This document shows, one piece after another, positions 50,651 through 62,238 of a stretch of DNA of 64,000 nt (position 1 is its first letter; each line of letters begins with the position of its first letter). A model generated the notes under the pieces. It was not told the origin of the DNA and made no database searches. It saw nothing but the letters and a program-made list of their open reading frames with translations. The DNA is from Octopus sinensis. Taxonomy: Eukaryota. The stretch covers positions 44,032,464 to 44,096,463 of the forward strand of contig NC_043011.1 of the NCBI RefSeq assembly GCF_006345805.1. The letters run 5' to 3'. The translations under genes were made by a program, and so were the position numbers.

Positions 50651-50771
50651 TGACACAGTGATAATTAAATGTTGATTTGGTAGTTTATCAAACTTGTGTC
50701 TCCTCCCTCTCACTATTACGCTGCTACTACCACAGCCTTTGTTCCTTTAGTGAAGAAACTGTTTACCTTCT

Positions 50772-51192
50772 ATATTTAAGAGATGAGGAATTATGTACAT
50801 TATTTACATTATTTACATTTGACGGACATTTGTCCTCATCTTGTTTGTTGTTAACACAACATTTCGGCTGATATATCCTCCAGCCTTCTTCAGGTGTCTT
50901 GGGGAAATTTCGAACCTGGGTTCTCATTCCTAAGGTATTTTTTGATGTTATTATTATTATTATCATTATTATTAATGTTAGTGTTCAGGTCACTTCTTGG
51001 AATCGAACTCGGAATCTTGGGGTTAGTAGCCCGCGCTCTTAACCACTACGCCATATGCCCGTGGGCATATGGCGTAGTGGTTCGAAATTTCCCCAAGACA
51101 CCTGAAGAAGGCAGGAGGATATATCAGCCAAAACATATTAACAACAAAGAAGATGAGGACAAATATCCGTCGAATGCAAATAATGTAAATAA
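50772..51192. mobile_element. Head-to-head family P composite: full minus copy (50772-51060) plus internally deleted plus copy (51063-51192)
   Basis: Central palindrome aaccactacgccatatgccc-gt-gggcatatggcgtagtggtt; 12-bp direct repeat TGTTTACCTTCT at 50760-50771 and 51193-51204. Confidence 0.88.
50853..50900 (-). ncRNA. Putative minimal type I hammerhead ribozyme within SINE P
   Basis: Minus strand GACAC-CUGAAGA-A-GGCUG-loop-CAGCC-GAAAU-GUU-GUGUU: helix I 5 bp, helix II 5 bp, intact CUGANGA and GAAA. Confidence 0.6.
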
Positions 51193-51643
51193 TGTTTACC
51201 TTCTGCTGTCCAAATTTACTCAAAATACCTGTCTGTTCTCATCACATAACTCTTACTCTGCCTCACTTCACTGATCCCTACATTACCTAGTCCTTTCATC
51301 TCACAACTTTATAGTCCCCTGGAAAATTTTCATCACCTGCCTAAATTTTCCCTATTGACACTGTCCTACAGATGCCCAAACATAATGTAAACCACATTGG
51401 TGTCCTTAATCTGTAGGGCATAAACAACACTGTCCCACCCCATCTAGTTATACTTCAGTGAAACATTACAACCTGCTGTTTACATTAATTTTGTGTATGC
51501 ACATTAGAGAATCGTTAAATCATCCATTAATTTGGATGGCAAAAACGTATATACTAATAGCAAAACAGATCTAGAAATAGCCAAAACCAAGCTGGTTTAA
51601 CTGAGAATAGCAATGGAAATTGCTAAAACTGAGAAAAAGCCCA

Positions 51644-51888
51644 GGGGCATATGGCATAGTGGTTAAGAGCACGGGCTACTAATCCCAAGATTCTGAGTTT
51701 GATTCCAAGCACTGACCTTAACAATAATAATAATAACAATAATAGCATCGAAAAATGCCTTAGGAATGAGAACCCAGGTTCGAAATTTCCCCAAGACAAT
51801 TGAAGAAGGCTGGAGGATATATCAGCCGAAACATTGTATTAACAACAAACAAGATGAGGACAAATATCCATCAAATGTAGATAATGTA
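51644..51888 (+). mobile_element. SINE family P with decayed hammerhead
   Basis: ggggcatatggcatagtggttaagagc head; ttgaagaaggctgg..cagccgaaac. Confidence 0.88.
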
Positions 51889-52072
51889 CTGAGAATTCTT
51901 GGTTGGTATTTTTGGAACAATTTTGGTCCCTGTTAGCGTATATGTTTTCATCCATGTGCGTTAACTACAGCATTAGAGCAGTTTAACTCTTATTTCTAGC
52001 AATGGTAGTGCTCTTTAACACCCTAGTCACACACAAACAATATACGTACATGCATATGTATATATATATATA

Positions 52073-53397
52073 TATGGACACATAAGAGGTGCAGCAATGT
52101 CAAAGGAAGGCTAACTAGGAAGATGGTTTTTGTATGTGGCAGATGCTCAGGAACAATAACAACTGAAAATGCTCTGAGACCAACTTCCGTCACTTTCCAG
52201 GAGAAAAACTAGAAATAGTGATAGTTTCCGTTACCTAGGTGACCAAGTCAGCAGCGGGGGGCGAGGGTGTGTGAAAGTGTAACTGCTAGAGTAAGAATAG
52301 CTTGGGCAAAGTTCAGAGAGCTCTTACCTCTGCTGGTGATAAAAGGCCTCTCGCACAGAGGGGAAAGGCAGACTGTATGATGCGTGTGTACGAACAGCCA
52401 TGCTACATGGCAGTGAAACATGGCCGTGACTGCTGAGGATATGCGTAAGCTCACAAGAAATGAAGCCAGTATGCTCGATGGATGTGTAATGTCAGTACTC
52501 ATACTCGGCAGAGTGTAAGTACCTTGAGAGAAAAGCTGGACCTAAGAGCATCAGTTGTGGTGTGGAAAGAGAGACGTTTGCGCTGGTATGGTCATGTGGC
52601 GAGAATGGATGAAGATAGTTGTGTGAAAAAGTGCCAATCTAGCGGTTGAGGGAACCTGTGGAAGAGGCAGACCAGGAAACCTGGGACGAGATGGTGAAGC
52701 ACGACCTTCGAACTTTAGGTCTCACTGAGGAAATGACTAGAGACCGAGACCTCTGGAAGTGTGCTGTGCACGAGAAGATCCGGCAGGACAAGTGAGTCCA
52801 TAACCCGTGGCCTTCTACATGGGAGGAGCCAGCCTACGTATGCATACCTTCCCTTCTGGGGACACAAAACTCTTGTGAAGACTGTTGAGGCAAGTGAGGA
52901 TCAGAATCGAAATCGATCAATGGAAATTGCAAGATGTGTACCAGTGCCGGTGGATGTCGAAACTCTACTTGTGAGACCCGTTGAGGCAAATGAGGATCAG
53001 AATCGAAATCGATCAATGGAAATCGATCAATGGAAATTGCAGATGTGTTACCAGTGACGGTGGCATGTAAGAGAACCTTCCGTTCGCGACCGTTGCCAGC
53101 ACCGCCCCGTTTCGTGTCCGTTGCCAGCCTCGCCTGGCCCTCGTGCCGGTGGCACATAAAAAGCACCATCCGTTCATAGCCGTTTGCCAGCTCTGTCTGG
53201 CACCTGTGCGGGTGGCACGTAAAAAGCACCCACTACACTCACGGAGTGGTTGGCGTTAGGAAGGGCATCCAGCCGTAGAAACATGCCAGATTGACTGGGC
53301 CTGATGAAGCCTTCTGGCTTCACAGACCCCAGTAGAACCGTCCAACCCATGCTAGCATGGAAAACGGACGCTAAACGATGATGATGATGATGATGAT
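52073..53397 (+). mobile_element. 5'-truncated RTE-clade LINE: ORF2 C-terminus (stop 52793-52795), ~600-bp 3' UTR, (GAT)n tail
   Basis: WTHKRC..CGRC, FRYLGD, AWAKFREL, LHGSETW, RRLRWYGHV.RM and GRPR.TW motifs; several 1-bp indels. Confidence 0.95.
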
Positions 53398-54095
53398 TGT
53401 ATATTACGACAGACTTATTTCAGTTTCCACCTACCAAATCCACTCACAAGGTTTTGAAAGGCCCAAGAGTATAGTAGAAGACACTTGCCAAAGGTGCCAC
53501 TCGGTGGGACTGAACTCACAACCGTGTGGTTGGGAAGTAAGCTTCTTACCTCACAGCCACCCTGACCAAAATGTGCTTTGCATCAAGTTATAGCTTTCAA
53601 ATGATGCCACCCCACTGGCTTGGTGAACAGGCTGACATTTCCTCTGATCGGAAGGCAACTCCGTCACAGAGTTACACATTTACATTGATATATGTAAAAA
53701 TGTTTCATGTGTAACAATGAAGTTAATAGTGTGAAAAATTATAATCGTATTAACAGCAACTAATCTCAGTTAATCAACTATTTAATTAACCATTAGCTGT
53801 GGTTGTTACAGTTGCTGTTGTTGCTGTTTTTGTTGTATGCTGTATTTGTGAGTGGAGGTTTTGTCTGTCAGTCAGCAGATCTTGTTTTGGACATAGCTCA
53901 AATTGCGTGATGCACCAGTGTGAACACACACATGTGAACACACACACACACGCACAAAGGCTTACATACACACACATTTATTTTTAAGGTTATTATTTTT
54001 TAACAATTTGAATAAGCTAACTCACAGTCAGAACATGGATGAATGGATTTAGGATGAGTGGGTAGGTGGGTGAATATCTTGGTGGATAGATGGAG

Positions 54096-54160
<65 letters not shown>

Positions 54161-54745
54161 CATCATCATTGTTTAACGTCCGTTTTCCATGCTAGCATGG
54201 GTTGGACGGTTTGACCGGGGTCTGGGAAGCCAGAAGGCTGCACCAGGCTCCAGTCTGATCTGGCAGTGTTTCTATAGCTCGATACCCTTCCTAACGCCAA
54301 CCACTCCGTGAGTGTAGTGGGTGCTTTTTACATGCCAGGCGAGGCTGGCAACGACCATGATTGATTGATGCTTTTCACATGCCACTGGCACAGGGATCAC
54401 AACTACAATTTCCATTGATTTTTGATGTTGATGTACTTGACTCAATAGGTCTCCTCAAGCACAGGGTCGAAACGGTGTTTCTTTACTTGCCACCTGTACA
54501 GGAGTCAGTCCAGCGGCCCTGGCAACTGCCGGGTGCCAGTCATAGGATTGGTTCAAATTCGATTCCGATTTCACTTGCTCCAACAGGTCTTCGCAAGCAG
54601 AGTTTAGTGTCCAATGAAGGGAGGTTGGCATGGGTGCTAGTCATCAGATGAGGTTCGATTTCGAATACAATTTCGACTTCACTTGCCTCAACGGGTCTTC
54701 ACGTGTCCAAGGAAGGAAAGGCATGTATAATTGGGCTGGCTACAT
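54161..54745 (-). mobile_element. RTE 3' UTR fragment (family E, long)
   Basis: Terminal 170 bp plus upstream UTR with gattccgatttcacttgc repeats matching 52880-53010. Confidence 0.88.
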
Positions 54746-54809
54746 CCCTGGCAAAGGCCATGGGATGGACTCACATACAGATATATATATATATCTGTAT
54801 GTGTGTGTG

Positions 54810-55065
54810 TGAAGGTGCTTGGCTCAGTGGTTAGAGCAATGGGCTCACAATCATGAAGGAGTTCAATTCCCAGACTGGGCTGTGAGTTGTGTTCTTGAGC
54901 AAGACACTTTATTTCACATTGCTCCAGTTCACTCAGATGAGTTGTGATGTCACTGGTGCCAGGGTATATTGGCCTTTGCCTTTCCCTTGGATAACATAGG
55001 TGGCGTGGAGGAGGGAGGCTGCTATGTAAGGGCGACTGCTGGTCTTCCATAAACAACCTTGCCCT
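54810..55065 (+). mobile_element. SINE D
   Basis: Homologous to 10460-10795. Confidence 0.85.
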
Positions 55066-55809
55066 TATAAGATGAACTGTCTTGTTACCTCTGGTTTCAA
55101 TGAGGATTATGAAGGGGTGCTGAAAAGTCCCTGGCTTTGGGTAAAAGAAAACATTTGGTCCAACACAGTAACAATTCACTCAGCTAACTGCCTGATTTTG
55201 TTAATAATAAATGTTGACTTCATTGCGATTCATTAATCAATTCTTTGAGACCAGTATGGGTCACTCAAAGGCCCCACTGCTTCCTGCCATCCATCAAATC
55301 AGTTTTGGAATCAGTTGGTTGGCTTCGTCCTTGGAAAATTCTTTCTAATTTTGGTACATGGCCAGCAAGCTTGATGTGTAGGGGGTCAGCCAATTACATC
55401 ACCCCACCACCACCACCAATTCTTGAGCAGTTCTTTATTTTATTGACCCTAAAAGGGTGAAAGGCAAAGTTGACCTTGGCAGGATTTTAACTAGAGATGT
55501 GAAGAGTCAGATGAAATACTGCTAAAACATTTTGACCAGCTTATCACCTTCATTCATGTAACATTCTTCTCTACTCTAGGCACAAGGCCCAAAATTTGGG
55601 GGGTGGGGGCCAAGGATGAAAGGAAAAGTCGACTTCAGCGGAATTTGAACTCAGATCATTCATGTGTTATTGGTTTGTCACATACACACCTCGGACAAGT
55701 GTCTTATGACTATGACCTCATATTGGCCAATGCTTTGTGAGTGAATTTGATAAACAGAAGCCGTAGGAAGATTAGTGTGTGTATATGTGTGGGTTTAAGC
55801 TCGGCGTTA

Positions 55810-56170
55810 TATGACTGTGATTAAGAAGCTTGTTTTGCAACCGTATGACTTTGAATTAACTCTCACTGCATAGCACTTATGACAAGTGCTTTCTACTACA
55901 GCCCTGGGCTGACCAATGCCTTGTGAGGAAATTTGATAGATGGAAAATGTGTGGAAGTCTGTCATATGAGTGTGTGTGTGTGTATGTGTGTGTGATTGTG
56001 TCTGTGTTTGTTCCCCACCACTGTTTGACAACCAGTGTTGGTTTGTTTATGTCCACATAACTCAGCGGCTCAGCAAAAGAGTAGTGCGGTCAACTTGTTT
56101 GACTAAACCATTCAAGGTAGCGCTCCAGCATGGTTGCAGCCTAATGGTGAAAACAAGCGAAAGAAAAGAC
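55810..56170 (+). mobile_element. SINE A, old and diverged
   Basis: aagaagcttg..gacaagtgctttctactacagccctgggctgaccaatgccttgtgag..gcgctccagcatgg. Confidence 0.7.
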
Positions 56171-57159
56171 AAAAAATTATCCCTAAACAAATGGCAAGGG
56201 CACATCTGGAATGGATTTGATTATAAGTCTAGTACGTCAGTGTTGAGCTAGGGCCAGAGAACAACAACAACCACTATGTTTCGAGTTTCCGGCCACGACA
56301 CTCTGCACCAAAAACAAGAGTGCCCCTATTTAACCCATTCTCCACAACCTGCCCCACCATTTTCATACAATATGGCTATTCACTCTGACACCTTTCTCCT
56401 ACACACAATAAATATATCATCTGGCTGCAAGGAAAAATACATAAATAACGCTTCAAATTCTGCCAAATTCTGCCTGAAAGCTAAGCTGTTGATGGAACCG
56501 TGCCAAACAAGCACTTTTGCCCCCCCCCTCTCTGTAACTCATTATTTGCCAACAGTTTTATCTTGTTGTTGAACAGTTTACAGTTATGGGTTAGCAGTTT
56601 CCTGCAGAACAATAATTGGTGTCGTTTAGCATCAAATAGACCCAGTTACCTTCTCCTCTCTCCTCATTCAGTGTATATATATATGTGTACGTGTATGTTT
56701 GTACTTTTGCAATAGATATGTGTGTAAATGTGTGTATGTATGTGTGTGTGTTTGTGTATACATATACACATGTAAATGCATGCATGTGTATACACATATA
56801 CATGCACACACGTACATGTATGTGTGTGTATCAAGCTGTTTTGATATATTCGATCTGCGGCATGACAAACATTGATGCCAAAGGGAGACAAGTAGAAAGA
56901 GATGTGATAGCACGAACCCATAGCCATTATATTTCAGTAGAGAAGTAAATGGTGACTTGGATAATTACAGTTGCCAACACTAATAATGATTGGCAATGAC
57001 AGCAACAACGATGATGGTAGTGGTGGTGGTCATGGTCACGGTGTTGGTGACAATGGAATAATTCAGAAAACCATTTACAGCTACCATTTACAACTTCCAT
57101 TTTCCTTTCAACAAATTGTTTGACTCAAGTCTTGTGGCGTCTAAAAACATTTAAAACTG

Positions 57160-57600
57160 GTCCCCATCACCTGTTAGTAACCCATCCTGGACAGGCCCTC
57201 ATCACCTGTTAGTAACTCATCTATTATTGGCCCCCATCAGCTGTTAGTAACCCATCTACCATTGGCCTTCATCACCTGTTAGTAACCCATCTGTCAATTG
57301 CCCTCATCACCTGTTAGTAATTCACCTATCACTGGCCCTCATCGCCTGTTAGTAACCCATCCTGGACAGGCCCTCATCACCTGTTAGTAACTCATCTATT
57401 ATTGGCCCCTATCAGCTGTTAGTAACCCATCTACCATTGGCCTTCATCGGTTGTTAGAAAACCATCTGTTAATGGCCTTCAACACCTGTTAGTAACCCAT
57501 CCTGCACAGGCCCTCATCACCTGTTAGTAACTCACCTATCACTGGCCCTCATTGCTTGTTAGTAACCCATCCTGGACAGGCCCTCATCACCTGATAGTGA
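57160..57600. repeat. ~33-34-bp minisatellite, ~13 units
   Basis: ggccctcatcacctgttagtaacccatc repeated. Confidence 0.92.
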
Positions 57601-57611
57601 CTGGCACTTTG

Positions 57612-57930
57612 TCAATTATGACAACAAGAGTTCCATTTGGACTGGATCAACAGAAGGGCCTGATTGTGAAATTAACAATTAACATATAAGTGGCTGAGTG
57701 CTCCACAGACATGCATACTCCCTTCTCAGCGAGATTCAGAGGGGCACAGAATGTGACAAGGCTGGCTCTTAAAATTACTGGTACTACTCATTTTTTTGCC
57801 AGCTGAGTGGACTGGAGCAATGTGAAATAAAGCGTCTTGCTCAAGGACACAACGCACCATCAGGAATCGAACTTGCATTCTTACGATCATGAGCTGCATA
57901 CCCTAACCACTAAGCTATGCGCCTTCACAT
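57612..57930 (-). mobile_element. SINE with D head and C tail
   Basis: Same architecture as 25610-25895, on the reverse strand. Confidence 0.8.
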
Positions 57931-58267
57931 GTTAGCAACCCTATTAACTTGATTGTTAGAGATGATAAAAAGGATTGATGTTCACATCTACACTGCCTGT
58001 TGTACAAACTGATTGAAAAGGTTAGCAAACAAAATTACCAACACCTTACTTTGGATGGTCTGATAGCTCGGCGCCAATGGGTGTCTTATATAAGAATGTG
58101 TGCATAGTGCCAGACTGGAATTTAAACTAAGAATATTCATTAGTGCTAATCCAGTCTGGTGTCAGGTACAAATCCAGGAATAAGGCATCTGATGATAAAG
58201 TGGAAATCAACCGGGACCAGATTTAGTTTAAAAGTACATGTGTACATACATATATATTACTTTATTC

Positions 58268-58960
58268 TTGTAATTGTTTGAGTCATTTGGCTGTGGCCAT
58301 GCTGGAGCACTGCCTCAAAGGGATTTTTTTAAGTCTAAGAAATTGACCCCAGGGCTTATTCTTTGTAAGCCTAGTACTTATTGTGTTAGTCTCTTTTGTT
58401 TACGGGGACATAAACTCATCAACATTGGTTGTCAAGCGATGGTGAGGATACAAACACAGACACAAATATACACACACACAGGAGTATATATATCATCATC
58501 ATCGTTGTCTAACATCTACTTTCCATGCTGGCATGAGTTGGACGCTTTGACTGAGGGCTGGCAAGCCCTCAATCAGAAGGCTGCACCAGGTTCCAATCTG
58601 ATCTGGCAAAGTTTCTACAGCTCGATGCCCTTCCTAACGCCAACCACTCCAAGAGTGTAGTACTTATTCTATTGGCCTCTTTTGCCGAATCGCTAAGTTA
58701 CGGGGACATAAACACACCAGTATCAGCTGTCAAGTGATGTTGGGGGGCAAACACAGACACACAAACATATACACACACATGCATATATATATACATATAC
58801 ATATACGATGGGCTTCTTTCAGTTTCCGTCTACCAGATCCACTCACAAGGCTTTGGTTGGCCCAAGGCTATATAAGAAGACACTTGCCCAAGGTGCCACA
58901 CAGTGGGACTGAACCCAGAACCATGTGGTTGGTAAGCAAGCTACTTACCACACAGCCACT
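58268..58960 (-). mobile_element. SINE A with an RTE 3' end (58492-58660) in its centre and a duplicated body segment
   Basis: A tail and body, then E fragment, then A body again, domain and head. Confidence 0.8.
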
Positions 58961-59144
58961 ACCACAGCTATTTCTAGAAAATTTCATTAAAACATATTAA
59001 TTTTTAAATGAAAACAAAATCAGTGGAGTGGGGCAAACTTGTGTAGGTATACCTGTTCAATTCCTGCTGAGGTTAACATTATAATCAGGTTCTTCTTTGC
59101 CCCCCCCCCCCCAATGTGTAATCTTGTGTTAAAAATTACTTGTG

Positions 59145-59352
59145 GTGAGCTGGCTGTATCATTAGCATGCTGGGCAAAATGCTTAATGGTATATTGTCTG
59201 TCTTTATTTCCTGAGTTCAAATTCTGCTGAGGTCAACATTGCCTTTCGTCCTTTTGGTGTCGATAAATTAAGTACCAGTGAAACACTGGGGTTAATGCGA
59301 TCGACTAGTCCCCTTCCACCAAATTTCAGGCCTTTTGCCTATAGTAGAAAGG
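59145..59352 (+). mobile_element. SINE B, older
   Basis: ggtgagctggc..gagttcaaattctg..cttttggtgtcgataaattaagtaccag. Confidence 0.8.
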
Positions 59353-59829
59353 ATTATTATTATTATTGTTACTATTATCCAGACAGATATTTACATACTT
59401 GGCAAAATATATTTGTTAATTATTCGTAATTATTTATTTTTAGGAAGCAAACAGAAACCTATTCAATTGTTATATTTGTCAGTTTTTAATTACGTGGAAC
59501 AGATGGATGGTGTCTGTTACCTAGGAGACTTAATTAATGCTATGCGGGGGGGGGGGGGTTATAGTGAGGATGTCATAGTTACAGTATGACCGAAGCAGAG
59601 ATAAGTTTCGACAGCTATCGAGTCTGTTGACAACAACAATGATCTCTCTCTCTCTCTCTCTCCCCCTCCTGCATTCTTTCACTTCTCACTCACTCTCTGA
59701 ATCAAAGTAGACTGTGCAACAGGTGATGCAGACTGGTTGATGTTAGAATACATGTCTGCAGTGCTTTTCTAAGCCATGACCACATTGGCTGCACAGAACT
59801 AAGGACCCGGTTCTGATCCGTGTTCTGTG

Positions 59830-60080
59830 GCGATGTCACATAAAAAAAAGCACCTGTCCCGGCACCACATGGAAGTGCTCAATGCTGGTGTCACATTAAA
59901 AGTACCCGGCACATATTGTAAAGTGGTTAGTATTAGGAAGGGCATCCAGCTGTAGAACCCGAGGCAAATCAGATTGGAACCTGGTGCAGCTTTCCAGCTT
60001 GTCAGCTCTGGCCAAAGCGTCCAACCCATGCCAGCATGGAAAACAGACATTAAATGAGGATGATGATGATGATGATGTAT
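59830..60080 (+). mobile_element. RTE 3' end (family E)
   Basis: ggaagggcatccagctgtag...catgccagcatggaaaacagacattaaa(tga)n. Confidence 0.85.
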
Positions 60081-60441
60081 GTTGTAGTTGCTGTCAGTAA
60101 ATAAATATTATAGGGCCCAGGGCATTGATTTGCACTGGGGCCTATAATTGCTGCTGCAAGTTGGCCCTGTATGTGAGATGAGAGAGGAGTAGCTGAGAAT
60201 TATCTCTCTCTGCACTGAATAAAGTTTTACTGGTGATATAATATGCTATTCATATGCAAATCAGTTCTTGCAACTCTTTCTGTTGGCCAGCAGAAAATAA
60301 AATAAGTCATATGAAATGTAAAGAATTTTGGACAGTACCCCACTATCAAAAATGAGTCAATTCATTTGTTGTGTCTAAAATGCACATTTACAGTAGTGAA
60401 GTAGTGAATATGCTTTGCTCTCTTATAGGAAGGGTTAAGAT

Positions 60442-60836
60442 CAGCAGTCCTCAACTGTGGCTCCGAGGGCCACATGCCCTCAAGAATCCTTCCAGCAGCT
60501 CTCAAGCATCTTTCCAGCAGCCCTCATACATCCTTCCAGTGGCTCTCAAGTATCCCTCCCACAGCCCTCAAGTATCCTTCCACCAGTCCTCAAGCATCTT
60601 TCTTGCAATCCCCAATCATCCTTTTGGCAGCCCTCAAGCATACTTCTTGCAGCCCTCATGCATCCTTCCAACAGCCCTCAAGCATCCTTCTGGCAGCTTT
60701 CAATCATCCTTCCAGCAGCCCTTGATGATCTTCCTTTGATAAACATAATAAATTTTCCTATTTTTTGATGCAATGCCCTGAAAAAATCCAGCTTTTAGGT
60801 TTGGCCCAAATACTAAAAAAAGATTGAGAAGCCCTG
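60442..60836. mobile_element. Possible hAT-like MITE containing a 22-bp minisatellite (60470-60735)
   Basis: CAGCAGTCCTCAA ... TTGAGAAGCCCTG; flanks gttaagat/tttaaaat match 6 of 8; unit tccttccagcagccctcaagca about 12 times. Confidence 0.5.
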
Positions 60837-61112
60837 TTTAAAATATTGGATGAAGTAACTGGGTATTAAGGGAGTTGAAGGTAGGTAGTTGGGTATTAAA
60901 AGGGTCGAGGCAGTAACCCAGGTATGAAGAGAACTGAAGGGAGCAGCTGTAAGCAATGTGGTGTACCATATAATATTGAAGTTGGAAGATGTGCAAAGGT
61001 TCAAGCAGAATGAGGTGAATATTGCCTGTTGATTGTGTAACGGAAGCTGAAAGAAACCTCTGTGTGTGTGAGTGTGTGTGTGCGCGCACACGTTTCCAAG
61101 TGGTTATTGTCT

Positions 61113-61541
61113 TCTATAGGTTACAAACATGCCCATATCCTACATTTAGTCTATCATCATTTTAACATCCACTTATCCAAGCTTGCAGCAGGTTGTATGG
61201 AGTTATTCATTTAAGAGGATTTTCAAAAGCTGGATGCCCTTCCTGTGGCCAACCCTCACCTATTTTTTTAAGTAAAGTAATTGTCTCGACGTCATGTGAT
61301 GGTTGTTAACGAGTGTCACTGTCATGCCAGCAATGTCGTCCGTTCCCAATCTTCTGTGAAAACATGTCTGGTTATGGGGAAATATTTCTCTACTTAAAAA
61401 ACAGGTGAGGGTTGGCAACAGGAAGGGCATCAAGCTGTAGAGAGTCTTCTTAAACGAATAACTCCATCCTACTTTGGATAAGTGGATGTTAAAATGATGA
61501 TAGACTAGATGTAGGATACAGGCATGTTTGTAACCTATAGA
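61113..61541. repeat. Inverted duplication of a family F 3' half plus its flank
   Basis: 61113-61274 pairs with 61391-61541, including ~40 bp beyond the SINE tail. Confidence 0.85.
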
Positions 61542-61559
61542 GGCTGTGAGGTTACTGAA

Positions 61560-62194
61560 GTGTGTGTGTGCATGTGTGCGCATGATAACGTGCTTGTTGT
61601 ACTGTTGGCTATAAAAGTGTGTGTGTGTGTGTGTGTGCATCATAATGTGACTATTGCATTGTTGGTTGTGTGTGTGTGTGTGTGGTGTGTGTGTGTGTGT
61701 GTGTGCATCATAATGTGCTAATTGCATTGTTGGCTCTGTGTGTGCGTGTGTGTGTGTCTGCATCATAATGTGACTATTGCATTGTTGGCTCTGTGTGTGT
61801 GTGTACATGATAATGTGCTTGTTGCACTATTGACTATATATGTATGTGTGTACCACAACATGGCTTGCTGCACTGCTGATTGCATGTGCATCATATCAGA
61901 GCTGGTTGCAGATATGTGTATGTATGTGTGTGTGTGTGTGTGATAACATGCCTCATTACACTGCTGACTGTGCTTTGTATTTGTGTGTGTATGTATAAAA
62001 CATGGCTTATTGTGCTTTTGATCGTGAGTGTGTGTGTGTATGTGCACGCATGCACACACACACTCTCTCTCTCTCACACACACACACACATCATAACATG
62101 AATGGTTGTACTGCTGACTGCGTGTTTGTATCATAATTTTCAGTTTTGCTTGTGTGTGTGTGTGTGTGTGTGTGTGTCTTTTTGCACTGTTGGC

Positions 62195-62238
<44 letters not shown>

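Noticed and set aside
57160-57600. CRISPR-like appearance of the 33-bp and 22-bp arrays
   Set aside because: There are no unique spacers or cas genes, and the context is eukaryotic; these are minisatellites.
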